NCBI GenBank assembly: GCA_041611735.1 | Contig: JBFIML010000006.1 | Coordinates: 59,936 to 123,935 of the forward strand | From: Myxococcota bacterium | GTDB taxonomy: Bacteria > Myxococcota_A > UBA9160 > PR03 | Reading direction: 5' to 3' | Length of the DNA stretch: 64,000 nucleotides | Shown: piece by piece, positions 1 through 8,540 of the stretch | Layout of the letters: each line of letters opens with the position of its first letter | Numbering within the stretch: position 1 is the first letter of the stretch | The notes under the pieces: generated by a model | What the model was told of the DNA's origin: nothing | The model's input: the letters and a program-made list of their open reading frames with translations, nothing else | The model's database searches: none | Position numbers and translations under genes: made by a program

Positions 1-73
1 CGTGGATGAACCAGGGGAAGGGGGTCATCACGACCTTGATGGGCGGGATCCGGTCGCGGTTGTCGAAAGCCAT
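1..73 (-). CDS. partial CDS (N-terminus only, runs off window), hypothetical
   Basis: ATG at 73 (minus), open to window edge: MAFDNRDRIPPIKVVMTPFPWFIH; GC-rich third positions; divergent from ORF at 92. Confidence 0.35.
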   Translation of the reverse strand, partial: MAFDNRDRIPPIKVVMTPFPWFIH

Positions 74-91
74 GGGAGGCAAGGGTAGGCC

Positions 92-1435
92 ATGAGCGGG
101 CTCGGCGCGGTCGCCGCGGTGGGGCTGGGCCTCGGCCTGCTGTGGGGGGGGATCGAGATCGGGCTGCGCGTGGTGCTGGCGTGGCCGCTCCCAGCCGACT
201 TCTACGGCTCGATCTCGCGCGAGCGGGTGCGCGACCGCCAGAAGCGCTGGGGCGTTCGCGTCGCCTGCGGTTCGGGCTGGATCCACCTGGGCTGGATCGC
301 CGACCCGGAGCGGGAGCGCTATCGGATCGAGCGGCGCCGGGGAGAGGCCTGGCGTCCGCTCGGCACGGTGCGCACGGGCTCGTTCCTGGTCCGCGGCGAC
401 GGGGGCACGTTCCGGGTGCTGGCCCTTCCGCGTGGCGGCGACCCGCCCCGGGTGCTCGGCGAGGTGCGGGCCGAGCCGCAGGGGGGGACGCCGTCCGTCT
501 GGCGACCCGTCCGGGCCGGTTCGTGGCGGCTCCTGTTCCGGCCCCGCCGGCATGGCCGCTACGTGAACGACCACGCGGTCTATCGCGACGCCGCGGGGCA
601 CTGGCGGCTGCTGGGCATCACGGGCCCCGGCGACGGCGACTGGGCCCGGGAGCGCTGGTTCGCGGCGGGCGCGAGTGACACCTTCCCGCCCCCCGACGGC
701 ATGCGGGAGACGGAGCCCGTGGCCGACTTCGGAGAACTCGCCTGGGCGCCCCACGTGATCCGCTCGGGAGCCCTCTGGCACCTGTTCTGGTCGCCACACG
801 TGCTGCGCCGCATGACCTCGCAGGACGGCGTTCGCTGGACGGACCCACGCGTCGTGATGGCCGCCCCCCGGCACCGCTTCTTTCGCGACGCCTTCGTGCT
901 CGCGGTGGCCGACGGCCAGTGGCTCCTCTACGCGACCGCGCGGGGGCGCTTCTTCTCTCGTGTGGACGTCTACCAGAGCTTCGATCTCGAGCAGTGGCAG
1001 TACATCGGGCCGGCCCTGCGCGGAGCCTGGGGCAGCCGCCGCAACGCCGCCTATGCTTCCATGGAGTCGCCCAGCGTGACTCCCTATCACGGCGGCTTCT
1101 ACCTGACGATCACCTACAACAACGGCACGGCCTTCTGGCACGCGCTGGCGCTGGCGCTGCACTGGTGGCCCCGGCCCGCCAGCTATCACGAGAGCCTCGT
1201 CTTCCAGGCCGACAACCCCTACGAATTCGGGGTCTACCGGGGGGCCCGGCGCGGGTCGAACCCGGTGGCCCGGCTCGAGGCCCACGCGCCCCGGCTCGTG
1301 CACGATCGCGAGGCCGACACGTGGTGGGTGACGACGGCGGGCTGGCCCTGGGCGGCGACGCTCACTCGCGGCGAGGTGGCGGTGGCGCCGCTTCGTTGGG
1401 AGCCCGTGGCACCCGGAGACGCCCCACTGCGTTGA
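92..1435 (+). CDS. membrane-anchored five-bladed beta-propeller glycoside hydrolase (GH32/GH43-like)
   Basis: N-terminal hydrophobic helix; motifs YVNDH, WAPHV, FRDAFV, MESP resemble the catalytic D / RD / E triad of clan GH-J. Confidence 0.65.
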   Translation: MSGLGAVAAVGLGLGLLWGGIEIGLRVVLAWPLPADFYGSISRERVRDRQKRWGVRVACGSGWIHLGWIADPERERYRIERRRGEAWRPLGTVRTGSFLVRGDGGTFRVLALPRGGDPPRVLGEVRAEPQGGTPSVWRPVRAGSWRLLFRPRRHGRYVNDHAVYRDAAGHWRLLGITGPGDGDWARERWFAAGASDTFPPPDGMRETEPVADFGELAWAPHVIRSGALWHLFWSPHVLRRMTSQDGVRWTDPRVVMAAPRHRFFRDAFVLAVADGQWLLYATARGRFFSRVDVYQSFDLEQWQYIGPALRGAWGSRRNAAYASMESPSVTPYHGGFYLTITYNNGTAFWHALALALHWWPRPASYHESLVFQADNPYEFGVYRGARRGSNPVARLEAHAPRLVHDREADTWWVTTAGWPWAATLTRGEVAVAPLRWEPVAPGDAPLR

Positions 1436-1469
1436 CACGGAGCGCGGATGCGGAACCCTGCGGTTCAGG

Positions 1470-2216
1470 ATGGCGCCGAGTCCGCTTCGGAACCGGTACG
1501 CGAGTCTTCTCGCGTGGGTCGCGCTGGTCGGGATCGCCACGGCGGCCTGTCGCGAGCCGCGGCTGCCCACCGAGGATGCCTTCGCCGCGGCACGCCGGCG
1601 CATGGTGGCCGAGCAGATCGAAGCGCGGGACGTGCGCGACCCGCGCGTGCTCGCGGCCCTGCGACGCGTGCCGCGCCACGAGTTCGTGCCGGAGTCGGAG
1701 CGGAAACACGCCTACGCGGACCGCCCGCTCGGGATCGGACTCGACCAGACCATCAGCCAGCCCTACGTGGTGGCGGCCATGACCGAGCTCGCACGAGCGG
1801 GGCCCGACGCGCGGGTGCTGGAGGTGGGGACCGGGTCCGGCTACCAGGCGGCGGTGCTGGCCGAGCTGGCGGCGGAGGTTTACACCATCGAGATCCTGGA
1901 GCCCCTGGCGCGCCGGGCGGAAGGCACGTTGCGACGGCTCGGCTACGCAAACGTGCACGTGCGTCACGGCGATGGCTGGCTGGGCTGGCCGGAAGCGGCG
2001 CCCTTCGACGCCATCGTGGTGACCGCTGCGCCGCCGCGCGTGCCACCGGCCCTGCTCGAGCAGCTCGTCGAGGGCGGCCGCCTCGTGATTCCGGTGGGCC
2101 GGTCGTGGCAGGAGCTCGAGGTGCACGTGCGCACCCCGGACGGCTTCGAGGTCGAGCGCGTCTTTCCGGTTCGCTTCGTGCCGATGACCGGCGAGGCGCA
2201 GGAGGCGCCGCGCTGA
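1470..2216 (+). CDS. pcm: protein-L-isoaspartate O-methyltransferase with N-terminal signal/lipoprotein-like extension
   Basis: QTISQPYVVA, VLEVGTGSGYQAAVL, GDGWLGWPEAAPFDAIVVTAA, VRFVPM. Confidence 0.93.
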   Translation: MAPSPLRNRYASLLAWVALVGIATAACREPRLPTEDAFAAARRRMVAEQIEARDVRDPRVLAALRRVPRHEFVPESERKHAYADRPLGIGLDQTISQPYVVAAMTELARAGPDARVLEVGTGSGYQAAVLAELAAEVYTIEILEPLARRAEGTLRRLGYANVHVRHGDGWLGWPEAAPFDAIVVTAAPPRVPPALLEQLVEGGRLVIPVGRSWQELEVHVRTPDGFEVERVFPVRFVPMTGEAQEAPR

Positions 2217-2256
2217 GCTCGGCCGGCGAGCCCTCCAGGTTTCGCCAGGCGCTTCG

Positions 2257-2484
2257 TCAAACCTCCACCACCTCACCGCTGATGCGGCTCACGCGGAAGA
2301 CCCCCCGGCCGGTGCGGATGTAGTAGAGGTTCGAGAGCAGTTCCTTCCGCACCCCCGATTCCGGCTCGATCCAGATCAGGGCATCCCCGAGCTTCACGTA
2401 GCCCCTGCGCTCCAGTTCTTCGCGTTGCTCCGACGTGAGCGAGGCCAGGATCTCCTGGCTCCGCTCCGGCTGCTCGCTCTGCAT
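2257..2484 (-). CDS. small hypothetical protein (~75 aa)
   Basis: Protein-like composition (MQSEQPERSQEIL...YYIRTGRGVFRVSRISGEVVEV); fills the gap between pcm and rimK. Confidence 0.6.
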   Translation of the reverse strand: MQSEQPERSQEILASLTSEQREELERRGYVKLGDALIWIEPESGVRKELLSNLYYIRTGRGVFRVSRISGEVVEV

Positions 2485-2621
2485 AGACGCTTTCGACCCT
2501 CCCGGCGGCATCCCGCCCGGACGGGAGGATAGTCGGCGGAGCCGACGGCGCCCGTCCCCGTTGTCGGAACGAGCGCGAGCGGGGTATTCTCCCGCTCGGC
2601 GTTCGGCGCCAGGGAGTTCCC

Positions 2622-3833
2622 ATGCGTATCGCCATCCTCTCGCGAGGTTCTCGCCTGTACAGCACCCGCCGGCTCAAGGAAGCCTGCGAGATGCGCGGGC
2701 ACGAGGCCCGGGTGCTCGACACCATGGCCTTCTCGATCGAGGTGGAGCAGGGCAACCCCCGTCTCTACTACCGGGAGAAGCCGCTCGCCCCCTACGATGC
2801 GGTGATCCCTCGCATCGGGGCGTCGATCACGTTCTTCGGCACCGCCGTGGTGCGGCAGTTCGAGCAGATGGGGGTCTTCTGCCTCAACTCGTCCCAGGCC
2901 ATCAGCGTCTCCCGTGACAAGCTGCGCTCGATCCAGATCCTGAGCCGACACCGGGTGGGCATTCCGAAGACCTCCTTCGTGAAGCGCCGCGAGGCGGTGC
3001 TCGCCGCCATCGATCGCATGGGCGGGCCGCCGGTGGTGGTCAAGCTGCTGGAGGGAACCCAGGGGATCGGCGTGATCCTCGCCGACACCACCAAGGTGGC
3101 CGAAGCCATCATCGAGACCCTGCAGAGCGCCGCCCGCCAGAACGTCTTGATCCAGCAATTCGTGAAGGAGAGCAAGGGGCGGGACATCCGGGCCTTCGTG
3201 GTGGGTAACCGCGTCGTGGCGGCCATGCGGCGGGTGGCCCAGGGGGACGAGTTCCGCAGCAACGTGCACCGGGGGGGGCGCGCAGAGGCCGTGGAGCTCG
3301 ATCCGGAGTATGCGCGCACGGCGGTGCACGCCGCCCAGATCATGGGGCTCCGCGTGGCGGGCGTGGACATGCTGGAAGGGGCCACCGGCCCGCGCATCAT
3401 GGAGGTGAACTCCTCGCCGGGGCTCGAGGGCATCGAGGGCGCCACCGACGTGGACGTAGCCGGTGAGATCGTGAGGCTGATCGAGGAGGAGGTGCTCTTC
3501 CCGGAGATCGACATCCGTCAGCGCATGACGCTCCAGCACGGCTACGGAGTGATGGAGATCCCCGTGGACGAGGCTTCGGAGCTGTCGCACAAGACCGTGC
3601 AGCAGACCAAGCTGCGCGAGCGCGACGTGCTGGTGCTCACCATCAACCGGGGCAGCATCACGATCCCCAATCCGCGCCAGGACCGGGAGATCCTCCCGGG
3701 CGATACCCTGCTCCTGTTCGGGAAGTCGATCACGCTGAAGAGCCTCGCACCGCGTCCCAAGGCGGGGAGCCGATCGAAGCGCAAGCGGGCGGGCGCCGCG
3801 GGGGCGCCCGCCGCGCCGAAGCCGGATGCTTGA
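2622..3833 (+). CDS. rimK: RimK-family ATP-grasp alpha-L-glutamate ligase with C-terminal RCK_C (TrkA-C) domain
   Basis: MRIAILSR..LYSTRRL, IPRIGASITFFG, EGTQGIGVIL, FRSNVHRGG, EVNSSPGLEGIE; tail VLVLTINRGSITIPNP..EILPGDTLLLFG is RCK_C-like. Confidence 0.9.
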   Translation: MRIAILSRGSRLYSTRRLKEACEMRGHEARVLDTMAFSIEVEQGNPRLYYREKPLAPYDAVIPRIGASITFFGTAVVRQFEQMGVFCLNSSQAISVSRDKLRSIQILSRHRVGIPKTSFVKRREAVLAAIDRMGGPPVVVKLLEGTQGIGVILADTTKVAEAIIETLQSAARQNVLIQQFVKESKGRDIRAFVVGNRVVAAMRRVAQGDEFRSNVHRGGRAEAVELDPEYARTAVHAAQIMGLRVAGVDMLEGATGPRIMEVNSSPGLEGIEGATDVDVAGEIVRLIEEEVLFPEIDIRQRMTLQHGYGVMEIPVDEASELSHKTVQQTKLRERDVLVLTINRGSITIPNPRQDREILPGDTLLLFGKSITLKSLAPRPKAGSRSKRKRAGAAGAPAAPKPDA

Positions 3834-4872
3834 ACGGCTGCGCATTGCCGGGATCGACTGTCCGCACGGTGCGGCCACACGACTCAGGATCCCGGTGGCA
3901 CGCCCCTACGGCCAGGCGGAGGTGTTTCTGCCCGCCCAGGTGGTGCGCGGGCGCGAGGATGGCGCGCGCCTGTTCGTGTCGGCCGCCGTCCACGGCGACG
4001 AGATCAACGGGGTCGAGATCATCCGCCGCCTGCTGCGCCTGCGAGTCCTGCGCCGCCTGCGCGGAAGCTTGCTCGCCGTGCCCGTGGTGAACGTGTACGG
4101 GTTCCAGACCCAGAGCCGCTATCTGCCGGACCGTCGCGACCTCAACCGATCCTTTCCGGGCTCGGCCAAGGGATCGCTCACGGCCCGCCTGGCCCACCAG
4201 TTCATGACGGAGGTGGTGGCCCACTCGACCCACGGGATCGACCTGCACACGGGGACCGCCCACCGGGAGAACCTGCCCCAGATCCGGGCCTGTCTGGACG
4301 ATGCGGAGACGGAGCGCCTGGCCCAGGCCTTCGGCGCGCCGGTGATCCTGAACGCGAACCTGCGCGACGGCTCGCTGCGCCAGGCGGTGCTGGAGCGCAA
4401 GATTCCCATGCTCGTCTACGAGGCGGGCGAGGCGCTCCGCTTCGACGAGCTCGGCATCCGCGCCGGAGTGCGCGGAGTGCTGTCGGTGATGCGGGCGATC
4501 GGAATGCTTCCCGAACCGCGGCCGGCCCGGGAGCGCGTCGAGCCGTTCGTGGCCCACTCGAGCATGTGGGTTCGCGCTCCCGACAGCGGGATCCTGCGCT
4601 CGCCCCTGCGGCTGGGGGCCAAGGTGTCCTCCGATCAGGTCCTCGGCACCATCTCGAATCCGCTGGGCGAGAACGAGGCGCCGGTGCTCTCGCCCCTCTC
4701 CGGGGTGATCATCGGACGGCTCAACCTCCCGCTGGTGAACGAAGGCGACGCGCTCTTCCACCTGGCGAGCTTCGAGTGGCCCGCCACGGTGGCCCAGCAG
4801 GTGGAGGCATTCCAGGAGGCGCTGGTGCCGGAGGCCACCACGGCCCCGGCCGGTCCGCTGGAACCGGCCTAG
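3826..4872 (+). CDS. succinylglutamate desuccinylase/aspartoacylase (M14 Zn-peptidase) family protein
   Basis: AAVHGDEING, DLNRSFPG, IDLHTG, YEAGEALRF; overlaps rimK stop. Confidence 0.9.
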   Translation: MLERLRIAGIDCPHGAATRLRIPVARPYGQAEVFLPAQVVRGREDGARLFVSAAVHGDEINGVEIIRRLLRLRVLRRLRGSLLAVPVVNVYGFQTQSRYLPDRRDLNRSFPGSAKGSLTARLAHQFMTEVVAHSTHGIDLHTGTAHRENLPQIRACLDDAETERLAQAFGAPVILNANLRDGSLRQAVLERKIPMLVYEAGEALRFDELGIRAGVRGVLSVMRAIGMLPEPRPARERVEPFVAHSSMWVRAPDSGILRSPLRLGAKVSSDQVLGTISNPLGENEAPVLSPLSGVIIGRLNLPLVNEGDALFHLASFEWPATVAQQVEAFQEALVPEATTAPAGPLEPA

Positions 4873-4895
4873 ACCCGATGGAGTGACCCGCTCCG

Positions 4896-5372
4896 TCAGT
4901 GCCTCGGCGGCCGGCGTGCCGGCCGCGGGCGCACCGGCCGTCCCGTCAGCTGGCGGTGACCCACGTCGATCAGGAAGTGGGCGGCCAGGGCGGAGCGGCC
5001 GAGTAGCATGCGGAAGATCATGCGCTCCCGGTCCACGAGGCTCAGCTCGATCGTACGGCGCACCGGGCCGATGGCCACTTCCGTCGCCACGAAGATCCGC
5101 TCGTTTCGATGACCGGTGCTCGAGCGAACGCGCGCACGACGCCGGATCGCCGTCTCCACCCGCACCCGCCGTTCGCGCTTCTGGCGATGCAGGATCACGT
5201 CGAAGGCCACCCGGCCGTGGGGCAGCACCTCGATGTCCTCCACGTGAAGGGCGCTGGAGCGCGCACCGGTATCGACCTTGGCGCGCAAGCCGTGGATGCC
5301 CCACTCGGGCAGGTCCACGTACTCGTTCCAGCCGATCACGAGGACGAGCCGCTGGTCCTTCCGGGGCGGCAC
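4896..5372 (-). CDS. RimK-associated retropepsin-like protease (RimB / 'ATP-dependent Zn protease' family)
   Basis: IGWNEYVDLPEWG, AKVDTGARSSALH, DRERMIFRMLLGRSAL. Confidence 0.85.
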   Translation of the reverse strand: MPPRKDQRLVLVIGWNEYVDLPEWGIHGLRAKVDTGARSSALHVEDIEVLPHGRVAFDVILHRQKRERRVRVETAIRRRARVRSSTGHRNERIFVATEVAIGPVRRTIELSLVDRERMIFRMLLGRSALAAHFLIDVGHRQLTGRPVRPRPARRPPRH

Positions 5373-5444
5373 GGCGCTCCTCCCTGGCGGCGGTCCGCGC
5401 CGCGGCCCGGAGCATAGAAGCCTTTGGGACCCCGGGCGAGACGC

Positions 5445-8400
5445 TCAATAGTCGAAACTCCAGATCACGTCGGCTCCGGCACTTCCGGAGCTGCCGATCT
5501 CGCTCTCGACGCTCCAGCGGGGCAGGAAGCGCCACTCGATGCGCACGCGATCGGTCTGCTCCGTGCCGAAGCCGCGGCCGTAGCGGACGAAGATGTTCTC
5601 GCGCAGGTACTTGCCGACCTCCACCGTGGCCGAGGTGCCGCCGTCGGCGAGGGCGACGTCGAAGAGATCGAGGGGCAGGGCGGGGGCCAGGGCCGAGACC
5701 ACGCCCCCGGCCACGATCTGGCCGGCGAGCTGGGTGGCGGCAGCCTCGAGGCGCATCGACTCGCCGGTGCCGAGCTCGTGGGCCGGGCGGCCGAACGCCA
5801 GGTAGGAGAGCAGGTCCGTCGAGTCGAGGGGCGGTTCGCTCTCCAGGGCGAGGCTCGGCGCCGACGCGCGTCCGGCCACGCGGGCCCGCAGGGTCACGTC
5901 GCGCACGCGGTGGACGGCCACGAAGTCGAGCTCCGGGTCGAGCTCCCGCGTGCCCGTGAAGGTGGCCACGCCCCGCTCCACCTGAAACGAGCGTCCCTGG
6001 AAGCGGTAGCGTCCGCGCACCACCTGCAGCGTCCCGAAGAAGGTGGCTTCCCGCCCCGGCGCCTTGCGGACGCGCAGCTCGCCCTCGATTTCCACGTCCA
6101 CTCCCCGGCCCTGCACCCAGGTGTTGCGGGGCACCCGCAACACGACCTCCGCGGCGGATTCGTCGAGCCAGCCGGGGGAGGGAGCAGCCTGCTCCACGAT
6201 GCGGGCCGGCTCGTCCGTGTCCGGAAGCCCGAGCACCCGCACTTCCTTCACCAGCGGGTCGCTCTCCTCGGGGAGGCCGATGCGCGCGTCGGCGAGGGCC
6301 AGGTCGCCGTCCACCCGCAGGCGCGGGAACCTGCCCTCCACCTGCAGGGTTCCGTCCAGGTCGGCGCGCAGGGTCGGGGTGCGCGAGATCGCGAAGCGTT
6401 CGAAGCGCGAAACCAGGCGCAGGGCGCCTGGCCCCGCAGCGCTCCAGCCGAGCTCGCCCTCCAGGGTGGCCTGGCCCGGCTCCGAAGCCACCCGCAGCGA
6501 GGCGATCTCGATCCGGCCTGGCCCGAGCCGCGCCACGCCCTGCGCCGGTCCGAACACGAGGCCCAGGGCCGGCACCTCGAGATGGGCGTCGGCCAGCCGC
6601 AGCTCGCCTTCCAGCTCCGGTTCGGGAGTGCCGCCGCGCAGCGTGGCGTCCGCGTCCACCATGCCGGACGCCCGCGCCAGCTCACGGGGCAGCGTGCGCG
6701 CGAGCCAGGCCAGATCCAGGCGTTCCGCCCGCAGGCGCAGGACCGTGTCGGGGCGCTCGAGCAGACGGCGAGGCTCCGCCCGGAGCGTCGCGTAGGGAAG
6801 CTCGGCCTCGATCCGCAGGCGTTCGCGACCAGCGTCCACCAGGTGCGTCAGGACGAAGACCGTCGGTCCCTCCGCGTGCGCTTCGATCAGCACGCGCTCG
6901 GCCCGGGCCGCTCCGATGCGCGCCTCTTCCCACAGCGCGGCCCCGTCCACCCGCGGCCGGCGCAGGGGCCCGTGGGCGACGAGCTGCGCCGTGGCGCGCC
7001 CGCCCATCTCCACCTCGAGGCCCGCCAGCGCGGCGGCGGCGGCCACGTCGAGGGTGGTCACGTCGATGCGCAGGGGCTCGAGCCGGTCGCCTCGGATGCG
7101 GCCATCGAGGCCCAGGGCCCCGCCTTCCCAGGCGAGTCGCACCCCCTCCAGGTCGACCCCGCGCGCATGGAAGCCCACCAGCGCCGGCGCCGTGCTGGTC
7201 ACCGCGAGCTCTCGCGTGGTGACCTGCAGGCTCTCCAGACGGAAGCGTCGGTCGCCCAGTGCCTCGCCGGAGAGGGTCACGTCCGCCGGCCCGATTTCGC
7301 CGCTTTGCAGGGCGCGGCCTGCGAGCGTGAGGCGTCCGCGCGGGTCGCGCCACGGTCCGCCCAGGCGCGCCTCGCCGTCCAGCCGGCCCGCCACGCCCGG
7401 GCGGGGCCGCCAGGGCGCCGGCAGGCCGGCGAGATCCAGGTCCGCGAGCCGCAACTCCACGTCCTCCAGGGAGTCGCCGACCCCCCGGCCCACCGCCTCG
7501 AGGCGCCCGAGGGCGCCGTGCACCTCCAGGCGCTCCACCCGCCAGGCAGCGGTCGCCGTGGCGTACGAGCCGACCAGCTCCGCACCGGCCAGGGTGCTTC
7601 CAGCCAGCGTGGAGGCGGTGAGCGTGGCGCGCGCGTGGAGGCCGGTGCCCGCGGCCAGCGACGCGCCGGCCGGATCCGCGTCGAGCTCCAAGGTGCCGTT
7701 CAGGTCCGACGCGAGCTCGCCATCGCCGGTCAACCCGGCGAGATCGAGGCCCGCCACGCGCGCCCGGCCGGTCGCCCGCACCACCCGCAGGCCGCGGTCG
7801 TCCCGTTGCAGCTCCGCCTCGCCTTCGCCCTCGAGCCGGCCGAAGGCGCTTTGAAGGCTGGAGGGCGCCAGCTTCAGTCGCCCACCCTCGAGCCGGGCGG
7901 TGAGAACGCCGCCGTGCACGTCGCGGCCGTGGACGCGGGAGGGGAGCAGCCTGGCCTCCAACGCCGCCTCGTCGGGCCAGGGGCCCCGGGGCTCGTCCGG
8001 CCAGCGCAGGCCCCGGAGGCGCAGGGATGCCCGGGCGGCCACCCGGCTCGTCCCCGCCGCGCCGCTCCACTCCAGCGCGACCTCCGCGTCGCGGACCTCG
8101 AGGAGCTCGAGCTCGACGGCGACGGGGGGAAGCCCCGGCCCGCCACCCGGCTCGGGGCGGCGCTCCGGCAGGCCGGCGACGCGCCAGCTTCCCGCCGCGT
8201 CGCGCAGCACGAGCAGGCGCAGGCCCTCGAGCGTGAGCGCCTCGATCCTCACCACCCGCTCCGACCACAGCCGCGACAGATCGAGGCGGGCCTCCAGGGA
8301 GGCCGCGTGCAGGTCGCCCACGCGGACGTCGCGGAGAACGAATCCCTCGTGCAGGATGCCCTCGAGGCTTCCCACGTGCACCGGCACGTCCAGGGCGCTC

Positions 8401-8540
8401 TCGAGGCCGCGCTCCGCCAGGCTCCGAACCCGCTCGCGCTGCCAGCCCCGGTCCACGCTCCAGAGCGCCACGGCCAGGATCACGAGCACCGCCAGGAGTC
8501 CCGCCACCCCCCAGGCGAACGTCCGCAGCAGCCGGCGCAT
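5445..8540 (-). CDS. tamB: translocation and assembly module TamB
   Basis: Start MRRLLRTFAWG at 8540 overlaps tamA stop; N-terminal TM; beta-rich body; DUF490-like C-terminus (VEVGKYLRENIFVRY..GADVIWSFDY). Confidence 0.85.
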   Translation of the reverse strand: MRRLLRTFAWGVAGLLAVLVILAVALWSVDRGWQRERVRSLAERGLESALDVPVHVGSLEGILHEGFVLRDVRVGDLHAASLEARLDLSRLWSERVVRIEALTLEGLRLLVLRDAAGSWRVAGLPERRPEPGGGPGLPPVAVELELLEVRDAEVALEWSGAAGTSRVAARASLRLRGLRWPDEPRGPWPDEAALEARLLPSRVHGRDVHGGVLTARLEGGRLKLAPSSLQSAFGRLEGEGEAELQRDDRGLRVVRATGRARVAGLDLAGLTGDGELASDLNGTLELDADPAGASLAAGTGLHARATLTASTLAGSTLAGAELVGSYATATAAWRVERLEVHGALGRLEAVGRGVGDSLEDVELRLADLDLAGLPAPWRPRPGVAGRLDGEARLGGPWRDPRGRLTLAGRALQSGEIGPADVTLSGEALGDRRFRLESLQVTTRELAVTSTAPALVGFHARGVDLEGVRLAWEGGALGLDGRIRGDRLEPLRIDVTTLDVAAAAALAGLEVEMGGRATAQLVAHGPLRRPRVDGAALWEEARIGAARAERVLIEAHAEGPTVFVLTHLVDAGRERLRIEAELPYATLRAEPRRLLERPDTVLRLRAERLDLAWLARTLPRELARASGMVDADATLRGGTPEPELEGELRLADAHLEVPALGLVFGPAQGVARLGPGRIEIASLRVASEPGQATLEGELGWSAAGPGALRLVSRFERFAISRTPTLRADLDGTLQVEGRFPRLRVDGDLALADARIGLPEESDPLVKEVRVLGLPDTDEPARIVEQAAPSPGWLDESAAEVVLRVPRNTWVQGRGVDVEIEGELRVRKAPGREATFFGTLQVVRGRYRFQGRSFQVERGVATFTGTRELDPELDFVAVHRVRDVTLRARVAGRASAPSLALESEPPLDSTDLLSYLAFGRPAHELGTGESMRLEAAATQLAGQIVAGGVVSALAPALPLDLFDVALADGGTSATVEVGKYLRENIFVRYGRGFGTEQTDRVRIEWRFLPRWSVESEIGSSGSAGADVIWSFDY

